Assembly (NCBI RefSeq): GCF_006345805.1 | Contig: NC_043017.1 | Location: 30,256,001 to 30,320,000, forward strand | Reading direction: 5' to 3' | DNA from: Octopus sinensis | Lineage: Eukaryota | Length of the DNA stretch: 64,000 nucleotides | Part shown: piece after piece, positions 52,844 to 64,000 of the stretch | Layout of the letters: each line of letters begins with the position of its first letter | Numbering within the stretch: the stretch's first letter is position 1 | Made by a program: the position numbers and the translations under genes | Notes under the pieces: generated by a model | Seen by the model: only the letters and a program-made list of their open reading frames with translations | What the model was told of the DNA's origin: nothing | The model's database searches: none

Positions 52844-53223
52844 CATATTTATATGGCAAACAGACGTCACGATGTGTTGTAGCTACTGTTTATAACTCGC
52901 TCTGAGATTTATTATTGTTTGTTTACACCTTTTCGATATCAGTGTCTATCGATACTGGAAAAAGGTTTAAGTATTTGTGAAGGGAACCAGCTTCTCATCA
53001 ACAACTGTGATTGTCACACGCCGATGACGGGTCAATACCCAGAAACTCGAGTCCGTGTGTATCATAAGTTTGAGACGGGAAGGATGGCTTCCTTTTGCAA
53101 ATACTGATAGGGCACAGAAAGTGTGTCTATAGCCAGCTGGAGGAGGTGTCCTCCTGGGGCTGCAAACTACAGTAGCATCCACCTTTAGGGGTTAGCCATA
53201 TTTATATGGCAAACAGACGTCAC
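52844..53223 (+). mobile_element. Retrozyme-like 353-nt structured unit with 27-bp terminal redundancy
   Basis: catatttatatggcaaacagacgtcac occurs at 52844-52870 and 53197-53223, enclosing multiple long stems and a central HHR. Confidence 0.7.
53015..53059 (+). ncRNA. Type I hammerhead ribozyme (U4C variant in this copy)
   Basis: Stem I cacacg/cgtgtg, extended by tgtgat/atcata and aact/agtt. Core CCGATGA, stem II gggt(caat)accc, then GAAAC-tcga-GTC with predicted cleavage after 53053. Confidence 0.8.
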
Positions 53224-53634
53224 TATATAATTTTTGTTTTGCTTTAAAACCTCACACTTAATTTACATTTATAAAAACTCTCACCCTATTATTTGTACCA
53301 ATTCCTTCCGACATCTATTACTCCATTATTCTAGCCGTATTTGTCATAAACTTGCCTTTCCTTTATACCCATCACTGTTCACTCAGTTACAGTTTTATAT
53401 TCCTTTAAGATAAGCACATTCCTTTCCTTTCCAATGACCCTATTCTTTGTACATGTTTCTTTCTAACATTCCAGGTAGCACTGGAATAATTATGTAATCA
53501 GTAAACATCTATTATTCCGTTATTCTGATTCACTCTGCCATAACGTCGCCTTTCCTGCATAACCGTCACTATTGTTAACTCTGTTAAAGTTCTATATTCC
53601 TTTATGTTGAGCTCAATCGTTTCCTTTCCAATCA

Positions 53635-54329
53635 CTTGTCCGAGATAAACTTTACAGGTAAGGAAGTGCGGTCAGCCGGACCTGCCCGAGGAACGTCCAG
53701 GACGATGAAACCGTTTCGAACCGCTCTAGTGGCAGAGTAATGCTGACATGTGGGTGTATGTCGAACACCTGCTGTCGTGTGTATGAGAGACCTGCCCACT
53801 AGCTGAATCCATTGTGAAGATTGCCCCGTCGCCCTCTTTTGGCCGGGTGGGGCAAGCAATTATTATTCTTCTAGAGGCCGTAGCGAAAGAGGTAGTATGG
53901 CGGACCCCTTTTGAAAGGGGTTAAAGACAGACACTTTCCTATTAGACCTAGCCCTCGTCATCTCTGAAATTTCACTTAAAAATGAAGTTGAGGATGGAGA
54001 GAGAACTGTTGCCTTCAAGCAACTTTGTTGAAAAGTGGGTGAATGTAAGGAAGAATGGCCAGTGTGAAAGGACCAATTCTGGGAATGCACATGTGAAAAA
54101 TAAAAGAAGGGCTCTTGTCATGTTGATCAGGCACCCGTGGATTTTGTGGGGTTCCCCACGAGGACCTTAAAGTGCCCCTCCTATTGAGAGGTTTACTTTG
54201 ATTAATTTGTTATTGTTACGGTTTGTTTACTTTCGGAAATCTCATTGTATCGTCCCGCTTTTGTCTTTTATGTTGTTGCATGTGCTTTAAGGTTATTGAA
54301 TGTCAGACCTTGTGGCTAATAAAAGAATA
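53635..54329 (+). mobile_element. 3' end of Tx1/L1-clade LINE (zf-RVT region plus 3' UTR)
   Basis: VRDKLYR*GSAVSRTCPR...DETV, then WVYVEHLL...AVAKEVVW, then RMERELL.SSNFVEKW. It ends ccttgtggctaataaaagaata before a (TTC)n-like flank. Confidence 0.75.
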
Positions 54330-54433
54330 TTTCTTCTTCTGCTTCTTTTTCTTATCATCATCAACATCATTATTATTATTATTACTATTATTATTATTAT
54401 TGTTGTTATTATTGTTGTTGTTTTTATCAGTAA

Positions 54434-54840
54434 TGCGGTGAGCTGGCAGAACCGTTAGCACGCCGGCCGAAATGCTTAGCGGTATTTCGTCTGCCGCTGC
54501 GTTCTGAGTTCAAATTCTGCCGAGGTCCACTTTGCCTTTCATCCTTTCGGGGTCGATTCAATTAAGTACCAGTTACGCACTAGGGTCGATGTAAGCGACT
54601 TAATCCGTTTGTCTGACCTTGTTTGTCCTCTCTGTGTTTAGCCCCTTGGGGGTAGAAAAAGAAATAGGTATTTCGGCTGCCGTTATGTTCTGAGCTCAAA
54701 TACTACCGAGGTCGACTTTGCCTTTCTTCCTTCAGGGTCGATTAAATAAGTTTCAGGTACGCACTGAAGTCGATTTAATTGACTTAATTCCTTCTCCACA
54801 GGCTGTCCACGTGCCAAAGATTTGAAATCATTATTATTAT
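54434..54840 (+). mobile_element. SINE family B head-to-tail dimer
   Basis: Same aaata|ggtatttcg junction as 44642-45200; ends in the older tail plus (att)n. Confidence 0.85.
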
Positions 54841-55030
54841 TGTCATTATCCTTATTATTAGTAGCAGTGTTAGTATTAGTAGAAGCATCAGCCTTAGTAT
54901 TGCCGGAAGTAATAATAGTGGTGATGGTGCTTGTGGAGACGTGGTGATAGTAGTAGTAGTAGTAACAATAGCAGTATGTTCTTGCTGGGTGTAGTGGTAG
55001 CGGAGTTAACGCCTTGGATGCTAGTAGTGA

Positions 55031-55061
<31 letters not shown>

Positions 55062-55519
55062 TATTGTAGAACGGATATCCTCTCAACGTAAGTGCCGCAG
55101 CCCCACCATTTTATAGATTTATATCCCACTTAGAACCGATTTTAATTTTATTGCTAATCCTGCTCTACGTCAAAATTTAAGTACTTTGCCATAGAAATCT
55201 GTCGTATTGCTATCATGCAACCAATTGTTAATATCATATCTTTCATATCAATAGTCGTCGGCATCGACAATTTCGTCATCACCGTCGTCGTCATCAGCAC
55301 CACCACCATCATCAACGTCGTCATTATCATCGCCACTATCATTCTCAGCGGTCGTTATCATTATGCCAAGCTGTCATCGAGGCATCATCAGCATGACAAT
55401 GCATCAATATTAACGTATTTTCTTCACGTATCGATAAGAAAGTTCTAAGCCTATAGTTTGTATGTTTGATTTAGCTACCATCATTTCGACACTTCGGTAA
55501 GCAAGTTACACACACACAC

Positions 55520-55564
<45 letters not shown>

Positions 55565-55635
55565 ATTAGGGAGTAAATCCAAACTTACAGAGAAAAATTA
55601 GATTTAGGATTAAATCTAATTTAATAGTATAAATA

Positions 55636-55825
55636 TATATATTAAATTAGAAATAGAACCACTATTAGGCAACTCAAACAGTGAAAATCATAAACCAATA
55701 CATAGAAAAAAATTAAATAATAAAAAATATAAAATTCAAAATATAAATTATTTAAATTTAAAGTTAAAATAAAAAAAATTAAGTTTCAGTTGCCTAATAG
55801 TGGTTTTATCTCTAATTTTATATAT
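55636..55825. repeat. Inverted repeat (~43-bp arms) in a (TA)n-flanked AT-rich module
   Basis: aaattagaaatagaaccactattaggcaactcaaac versus gtttcagttgcctaatagtggttttatctctaatttt. Confidence 0.8.
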
Positions 55826-56085
55826 ATATATATATACATACATATATATACATATATACATATATACATACATATATACATACATACATATATACATACA
55901 TATATACATACATACATATATACATATATATACATATATATACATATATAATATACATATATATACATATATATATACATATATATATATCATGTATATA
56001 TACTATATATATACATATATATACATGTATATATACATATATATTACATATATATATACATATATATACATATATATACATATAT

Positions 56086-56124
<39 letters not shown>

Positions 56125-56213
56125 GGTGAAAAGAAACAGTAGTTGATAAATATGGAAATAAAAGTCAAGGTAGAAATTGCTAAAATATGTTTATAAAAAA
56201 AAAAAAAACATTT

Positions 56214-56249
56214 CAGTACCGGTTTCAGTCATTGAGACTTTTTCAACTG
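56214..56249 (-). ncRNA. Minimal hammerhead ribozyme with compensatory U3-A8 core
   Basis: cag-TTGAAAA-agtc(tcaat)gact-GAAAC-cg-GTA-ctg. Confidence 0.65.
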
Positions 56250-56783
56250 TAAGTATGGAAATCAATTCAATTTTGTAAAAGTTAAAAGAAAAGTTTTTAA
56301 AAAGAATATTTGCATAGTATTCAAATACAAGTGGCATCTTCCTTGTTTCTGCCTGTCTCTGTCTCTCTTATTTAAGAGGTCATTGTGTATTCTTGGCAGG
56401 GAAAAAGAAGGAATAGGAGGGGGAAGAGGAGAATGCGGGAGTGGCATGATAGTAGTAGGATGTTAAATGGTCAAGTGACATAAAAAGTATTTCGTTATGG
56501 ATTATTGCAGGAATTGGAACCGGTTTTTAAAAAATGTGTTTCTGGAATGAGATGAGATGAACGGTAGATATTGCTTGGAGTCCATGGGATTATGGTATAT
56601 ATCTGCTTCTGTTTCGTTGTTGGATTTGTTAATGAGGATGTCGAGGAATTGAAGTTGTCGATGGCTATAATCCATCGTGAATTGAATGTTTATGTCAAGT
56701 CTGGCTATATCTGCTTTAAATTCTTCAAATTCTTTAAGTCTCTCTATCCTTTCATGCAAAAGAATGAGACAGTAATCCAGATA

Positions 56784-57431
56784 GGCGCAGGAGTGGCTGT
56801 GTGGTAAGTAGCATGCAAGGCGGCGAGCTGGCAGAAACGTTAGCACGCCAGGCGAAATGCTTAGCGGTATTTCGCTTGTCGTTACGCTGTGAGTTCAAAT
56901 TCCGCCAAGGTTGACTTTGCCTTTCATCCTTTCGGGGTCGATAAATTAAGTACCAGTTACGCACTGGGGTCGATGTAATCGACTTAATACCTATGTATGT
57001 CCTTGTTTGTCCCCTCTATGTTTAGCCCCTTGTGGGTAATAAAGAAATAGGTAAGTAGCTTGCTAATCAAACACATGGTTCCGGGTTCAGTCCCACTGCG
57101 TGGCATCTTGGGCAAATGTCTTCTGCTATAACCTCGGGCCAACCAATGCCTTGTGAGTGGATTTGGTAGACGGAAACTGAAAGAAGCCTGTCGTATATAT
57201 GCATATATATATGTTTGTGTATGTGTTTGTGTGTCTGTGTGTGTCCCCCTAGCATTGCTTGACAATCGATGCTGCTGTGCTTACGTCCCCGTAACTTAGC
57301 GGTTCGGCAAAAGCGACCGATAGATTAAGTACTGGGCTTACAAAGAATAAGTCCTAGGAGTCGATTTGATCGACTAAAGGCGGTGCTCCAGCATGGCCGC
57401 AGTCAAATTACTGAAACAAGTAAAAGAGTAA
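56784..57431 (+). mobile_element. SINE family A inserted in the PLE RT and carrying a nested SINE B
   Basis: The head at 56784-56816 resumes at 57050. Confidence 0.92.
56817..57049 (+). mobile_element. SINE family B nested in the SINE A head
   Basis: 14-bp TSD ggtaagtagc(a/t)tgc at 56803-56816 and 57050-57063. Confidence 0.93.
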
Positions 57432-57846
57432 ATACCTCTTCCAGTTATTTTCTATGTAGAGGGAGAATGGGTTGCCGTATTTTTCTAGTACCTTTTGATA
57501 AAGACTGATTTCAAAATATCCCATGACTCGGTTACAATACGAGTGGGCCATTCTCGTACCCATCGCATCGCCCGAATTTTGTCGATAAATATTATCCTTG
57601 TATATAATATATTAAACTACATACATACTCTCTCACACACACACAAAAACAAATGAGGGAAGGGAACGGAATGGAATTCACTACAACACTTATCAAAACG
57701 ATCGTTTCGACCTGATTTGCATCCGTCCCTGGCAGGCGGGATGCTATAAAACGTGTTGCATTGAAACCTCCGGTGTAGATATACCTCCTACGTTGCATTC
57801 CGAAAGATGCATCAGCCAATATATATATATGTATATATATATATAT

Positions 57847-58008
57847 AGGCGCAGGAGTGGCTGTGTGGTAAGTAGCTTGCTTACCAACCACATGGTTCCG
57901 GGTTCAGTCCCACTGCGTGGCACCTTGGGCGAGTGTCTTCTACTATAGCCTGGGGCTGACCAAAGCCTTGTGAGTGGATTTGGTAGACGGAAACTGAAAG
58001 AAGCCCGT

Positions 58009-58082
<74 letters not shown>

Positions 58083-58280
58083 GTGTCTGTGTTTGTCCCC
58101 ACAACATCGCTTGACAACTGATGCTGGTGTGTTTATGTCACTGTCACATAGCGGTTCGGCAAAAGAAACCGATGGAATAAGAACTGGGCTTACAAAGAAT
58201 AAGTCCCGGGGTCGAGTTGCTCGACTAAAGGCGGTGCTCCAGCATGGCCGCAGTCAAATGACTGAAACAAGTAAAAGAGT
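57847..58280 (+). mobile_element. SINE family A
   Basis: Full length, with (TA)n on both sides. Confidence 0.92.
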
Positions 58281-58725
58281 ATATATATATATATATATAT
58301 ATATCGTAAACCCCATATACACACTCGCATATGAACATTTATTTGTACATAATTAGAAAAGATATACTAGAGGAACTTTCCATGAAAACTTTTACGAAGT
58401 ACAAACTTAAATGAATTATCATGGTTAGTTACAAAAGCAAAGAATTCCCCTATTGTAATACAGGTCAGTTGCCATGCAGATATGAGCTGGGTAAAATAGT
58501 TCGGAAGGAATGCTTCCAACTTTTAATATTAATAGGTCACATCAATGAAATAATTACATTATCTTACTTTGAAATGTACAGGGTTACACACGTTGCACAC
58601 AATTTTCCATGGAATATTAAAAAATAGTTACCATTAATATCAAAAACATATTTTCTGCATCATATTTGGTAAATAATCAAATACTGGTTTGAAGGATTCT
58701 ATGCTGTAGCTCTCCCTACTTTATA

Positions 58726-58932
58726 CGAGTGGATGCTAGAAAGTTTCTCGCTTTGGGGGTATCACGAAAGACCTTGTTGGAGGTTTCAACTTCCCGAGTT
58801 AGAAAAAACTTAGAAAAACTGAACGACCTTTGCAATAAGTGTGTTGATCTGAGAGGAGAATATGTTGATAAGACGCATAACTGATCCTCCTATATTTTTT
58901 CCCAAAGCCAGGATCTTTGCAGTACCCCCTCG
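58726..58932 (+). mobile_element. Mariner-derived MITE
   Basis: TA TSDs, imperfect ~32-bp TIRs (cgagtggatgctagaaagtttctcgctttggg / cccaaagccaggatctttgcagtaccccctcg), and the internal mariner C-terminal motif NKCVDLRGEYVDK. Confidence 0.85.
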
Positions 58933-59680
58933 TAGTGCTGTAATATTTCCCTTATAAATAATGAAGAAAAACACTGTTATATACGACTGATTATAATTTT
59001 AAATTTAGATGGTAATTCTAGAAAAGTCGCGTCATCGGAGGCGTGCCATATTCCACGAATTAGCATATGTTTCTCAAAAGACTAACTTTATAATGCAATT
59101 TGAGTTTTATGTTACGTAAATTAAAAGCAACTTTGATTTCAAATTCCAAAGGATATGAAGGAGCACAAGGGAGCCACAAAGTGTTGAAAATATAATAAAT
59201 TTTGTTAGCTATCAGTTAGGAAATATGAAAATTGATATTCATTTCGCTCAGACAGTAAAAGTACAATTCTCTTACCCTGCTCTCGTGTGATTTGTTGGAG
59301 TGAGGAAACAAATTATTATTAAATTTAAGAACAACAGTTTAAGTATCCTTGCAGACTAATTTTATTTCAGCCCAAAATAAAATGTATTTCAAGGTGTTAT
59401 TCTATGCCCCGTAAAATATACGTCCCTCTATTTCTTTTCACTGCACTGTTAATCTATCTTTATCTAAAGTGAAAGAGTAAAAGCCTAATAAGCTCTGGGT
59501 GGTATTTGAACTCAAAGTGCAAGTTTAACTGAAGCAATCTGGATGATTAATGTGCGGGGTTCTAAATGGTGAAGTGCTCTAAATCTCTTCTATGGTGAAG
59601 GACACCATTTCTTTCAAAAGTAACCTTCTAATTGCTGCTGATAATAATTTCAAGCGAGAAGACTACAACAACATGAAATA

Positions 59681-59941
59681 CAGTAATATCTCATTTTACG
59701 AGTACCCCGCTTTACGAATACCCCGTTGTATGAGTTTTATTTTATAATAAATACAAAATGGTTAAACAGACATTTTGAGCGTGTGGCAGCACTGCTTTTA
59801 ATGCGTCCACATAGAGACGGGTTAAAATGGCAGCATAAAATTCCATTGCTACAATGTGAAATTATTGCTCTGCTCTACAAGTGTACTCATTACGACCGAT
59901 CACCAAAAATAAATTCAGTCGTATATCTCGAGGCATTACTG
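59681..59941. mobile_element. Pogo/Tigger-like MITE
   Basis: TA|CAGTAATATCTC ... GAGGCATTACTG termini with internal tacgaNtaccccg subrepeats. Confidence 0.6.
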
Positions 59942-60062
59942 TGTAATGTTTAGACACACAAACATAACGAACCAAGATCTATCCACAAATCGAACACAAA
60001 ATTTCACGTTGGGAAAATCGACATCGTAACCCTTTGTTCAAGCGGATCCATGTACAAGACTA

Positions 60063-60294
60063 AGGCAGCGAGCTGGCAGAAACGTTAGCACGCCGGGCGA
60101 AATGCTTAGCGGTATTTCGTCTGCGTTACGTTGTGAGTTCAAATTCCGCCGAGGTCGACTTTGCCTTTCATCCTTTTCGGGGTCGATAAATTAAGTACCA
60201 GTTACGCACTGGATTCGATGTAATCGACTTAATACCTATGTTTGTCATTGTTTGTCCCCTCTGTGTTTAGCCCCTTGTGGGTAATAAAGAAATA
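60063..60294 (+). mobile_element. SINE family B, young full-length copy
   Basis: Perfect 19-bp TSD ggatccatgtacaagacta (60044-60062, 60295-60313) and B box GAGTTCAAATTC. Confidence 0.95.
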
Positions 60295-60717
60295 GGATCC
60301 ATGTACAAGACTAGGTGATATTTCACTTCGTGACTTAAGAAGCTGCAAATTCGGCGTTTCAGGTATTATTAGCACAAACACAGCCATGATCATATACTGG
60401 ATGGATTGCTTTTTTCGATATAAAAATCAAATCGTTTATTCTTTAAGACGGCGTATGCAAGAAATAAAATTCAAAATTTCAGAGAAATGCGAATGCTAAT
60501 AGTAGGATTTAATATTTCTCCGGTTGACCAATTTGTCGGCTGACGTATGTGATTAGAGCAACGAGTTCTCAATTCAAACGTGATGTTATTTTTGCTTCAG
60601 GAATTCGGAAGTACACTGAAAATTTTAACTAAAGATAAAACACTATAGATCATATAACTAAATGTTTAAACGTAAAGATGTACTCATACAGATCTCGCTT
60701 TATATATATATTCATAT

Positions 60718-60719
<2 letters not shown>

Positions 60720-60781
<62 letters not shown>

Positions 60782-61262
60782 TATATATACGTATACATAT
60801 ATGTATATATACATATGTATACATATATGTATATATACCTATATGCATACATATATATGTGTGCGTGTGTATGTATGTATATATATATGTATACATATAT
60901 GTATATATACCTATATGCATACATATATATGTGTGCGTGTGTATGTATATATATATGCATACATATATGTATATATACCTATATGCATACATATATGTAT
61001 ATATACCTATATGCATACATATATGTATATATACCTATATGCATACATATATGTATATATACCTATATGCATACATATATGTATATATACCTATATGCAT
61101 ACATATATGCATACATACCTATATGCATACGTACCTATATGCATACATATATATTATATATATGCGTGTATATTTATGTGTATATATATGTGTGTGTGTG
61201 TGTGTGTATGTATGCATATATGTGTGTGTGTGTGTGTGTGTGCGTGCGTGTGTATGTATGCA

Positions 61263-61298
<36 letters not shown>

Positions 61299-61315
61299 CA
61301 CACACACATACATAC
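60720..61315. repeat. Compound microsatellite/minisatellite [ATATACCTATATGCATACATATATGT]n
   Basis: Direct reading of the sequence. Confidence 0.95.
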
Positions 61316-61563
61316 AATATAAGCCAATGCGAATAATAGGATATCTGGTAGAGAAGTATGTCTGTACCACTCGATAACTATGTCTGTGGTCGTGCTTGAT
61401 ATACATATATATATTTATATATTGTTGTATCATCCAACCACAAGAAGTAAACCATGTAATTTAATATCTAATTAGTGTTGAGTGGGCAGGAACACGAGTT
61501 ACAATAATTTACTTTTAATTACACTTCCAACACAAAAAAATATATAATACACAAACACATGTG

Positions 61564-61601
<38 letters not shown>

Positions 61602-61804
61602 ATGTTTATATGCGTGCGTTTATGCATGTTTCCTTTTGTGTGTGCGTAAAGTTTACATAAAATATGCGTACATCTATATGTATATTCCATCGTATGCCTA
61701 TACGTGTGTGTTAGTGCGTGTTGTGTGTATGGCTGTGTACTTGCGTATATATAACGACGTTGCTTGAAATGTGTAATAATTTTGCCATAGAAGCAATAAC
61801 ACTA

Positions 61805-62230
61805 ATGATGGTGATGATGGTGGTGATGATGATGGTGGTGATGATGATGGTGGTGATGATGATGGTGGTGATGATGATGGTGGTGGTGGTGATGGTGATG
61901 TTGATGGTGATGGTGATGTTGATGGTGATGATGATGGTGATGATGATGGTGATGGTGGTGGTGATGGTGGTGGTGGTGGTGATGGTGGTGGTGATGGTGG
62001 TGGTGGTGGTGGTGCTGATGATGATTAAAAGGGAGGAGGCGAAGGAGGAGGAGGAGGCGGAAGTGGTGGAGAACAGGAAGAAAAAGAAATGGAAGTTGAA
62101 GAGGAAAAGTAAGAGGAAAATATAATTAGAAAGCAATACGTAGAAAGAAAAGAGAACAGTGAGGAGGACGAGCAGGAGGAAGAGGAGGAGGACAATGATA
62201 ATGATGAAGATGAAGAAGAATGAGAAGAAA
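61805..62230. repeat. (GAT/GGT)n trinucleotide repeat followed by GA-rich low-complexity sequence
   Basis: Direct reading of the sequence. Confidence 0.92.
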
Positions 62231-62307
62231 ACAAGATGAACGACAACAACACCAACAACTATGACAAAATAACAACAGCAATAACAAGCACAAGAAAACC
62301 AAGCAAA

Positions 62308-62526
62308 TACTCTCTTACACTCTTTAACGTGTTTCAGTCATTTGACTGTGGCCATGCTGGAGCACCACCTTTAGTCAAGCAAACCGACCCAGGACATTCT
62401 TTGGAAGACTAGTACTTATTATATCGGTTATTAGGCCGAACCGCTAAGTGACGGGGACATAAACACACAAGCATCGGTTGTCAAGCGATGTGGGGCGGGG
62501 GGGCAAACACAGGCACACAAATATAT

Positions 62527-62559
<33 letters not shown>

Positions 62560-62722
62560 ATATACGACGGTATTCTTTCTGTTTCCGTCTATCAAATCCA
62601 CTCACAAGGCTTTGGTCCACCCGAGGCTATGGTAGAAGACACTTGCCCAAGGTGCTACGCAGTGGGACTGAACATGGAACCATGTGGTTGGTAAGGAAGC
62701 TACTAACCACACACCCACTCCA
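62308..62722 (-). mobile_element. SINE family A
   Basis: Homology to the other A copies. Confidence 0.9.
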
Positions 62723-62819
62723 TCTATCGATCTATACTATTTGAGGGCAATCCAGGCAAATATACGAACAGAATAAAGTGTATAACTAATGAACAGATTT
62801 ATAGAAACGAAATACATAC

Positions 62820-62864
<45 letters not shown>

Positions 62865-62920
62865 GTGTGTGTGTGTGTGTGTGTTTGTGTGTGTGTGTAT
62901 ATACATACATACATATAAAT

Positions 62921-63020
62921 AGGGGAGAATTCACAAAATGACAAAATACGAAGACATGTGGGAAGTGACAAAGTCTTTAACTTTTCGAACCAACACTCTT
63001 TCACAGAAAGGAGCACAAAC
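62921..63020 (-). mobile_element. Family P1 PLE-like module, decayed and deleted
   Basis: aggggagaattcacaaaa...ttttcgaaccaacactctttcacagaaagg resembles 23199-23330. Confidence 0.45.
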
Positions 63021-63277
63021 ACACACACATATATATTATATATATATATATATAATATATATTTCGTAAACTAGAAACAATAAAGAGTAGAAATCATAAA
63101 AGTCAACTTGTGTATTTCTGAAATCGAAGTATCTTTTCCCTCCTCCAAGTTGAAACCGAAAAAGCATCGAGAACATGGAAGCGAGACGAGGAGTGAAAAT
63201 AATATTCACCGCTATACCACTTGTTATATTCATTCTTGAGACTCTACATATATAAAGATTCACGAGACACGATCAGG

Positions 63278-63311
<34 letters not shown>

Positions 63312-63498
63312 GTGTGTGTATAGGGTTTTGGGCACGTGCGTATATGCAAGATAACGCACAATTCAGTGCAATAAAACGCATACGCATATTGGCTAAAAAA
63401 CACTGATTTCTTTAGAAAATGCTTGCATGCACAGCTATTCTTATTAAGGTTTTGATTTTTTGTTTATAGCCATGCTTACATTGTATGTTTGCTAATGC

Positions 63499-63532
<34 letters not shown>

Positions 63533-64000
63533 CTGTATCTATATATGTAGACCTATTTGTGTAAATATATATACATATTTATATATATCTAAATATGTGT
63601 GTGTGTTCGTATGTATGTATGTATGTATGTATGTATGTATGTATGTATGCCTCAATGGGTAAGATACCAAATCATGTGATACTCTGAAACAGAGAGCGAC
63701 AAAGATAGAAAAAATAGCGTAAATTCTAAAACATTTTTCTGATAATGGTAGATGAAACAAACGAGAGACGCTCAATCACTAGAAAATCGCAGACAATTGT
63801 TGAATAGAATTAGAAAAACGATAAAATTCTGAGAAATAGAAGAAAGTAAAGAATTCCTTTATATTTACTCGCTAATTAATCATCGCTCAGCGGAACGAAC
63901 GCGATACATCTATGAATCTATTTTTCCATAAGAATGCAAGTAGAGAAAAATAAACTTATTCTTTTGCTTTCCCTAAAAAAAAGGTTGTTTAAATGGAGTA

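Larger units (their letters stand above)
56123..57600 (-). mobile_element. Penelope-like element remnant (RT core plus 3' end), interrupted by nested SINEs
   Basis: 57432-57600 reads IYRQNSGDAMGTRMAHSYCNRVMGYFE...NWKRY. 56535-56783 reads YLDYCLIL...NIQFTMDYS..QLQFLDILI...IYHNPMDSKQYLPFISSH. An HHR lies near the 3' end, which abuts (TA)n. Confidence 0.88.

Noticed and set aside
57847-57915. tRNA gene-like A/B boxes
   Set aside because: These are SINE heads continuing into SINE body, with no complete cloverleaf or terminator.
61711-62258. Met/Val-rich and Ile/Thr-rich ORFs
   Set aside because: (GAT/GGT)n trinucleotide repeat with no domain signal.

Overview
This is AT-rich eukaryotic non-coding DNA packed with microsatellites and transposon debris. 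The SINE families look like those of Octopus (coleoid cephalopod) genomes; this is recognition from memory, not a database result. No intact host gene is supported, and nearly all ORFs in the track are microsatellite or SINE read-through. The window contains about 20 copies of tRNA-derived SINE family A, about 15 copies of tRNA-derived SINE family B, an older third SINE family, and three non-autonomous Helitrons. It also holds decayed CR1-type, RTE-BovB-type, Tx1/L1-type and Penelope-like (PLE) retroelements, mariner and pogo-type MITEs, and a long-TIR foldback element carrying TTAGGG repeats. The main hidden signal is a set of about ten hammerhead-ribozyme (HHR) motifs in short non-coding modules, several next to (TA)n tracts or in inverted-repeat arrangements. 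The best is a highly self-complementary 353-nt unit at 52844-53223 with 27-bp terminal redundancy, which looks like a retrozyme or circular-RNA-derived insertion. Three SINE/LINE 3'-end partnerships (CR1, RTE, Tx1) can also be read directly from the window.
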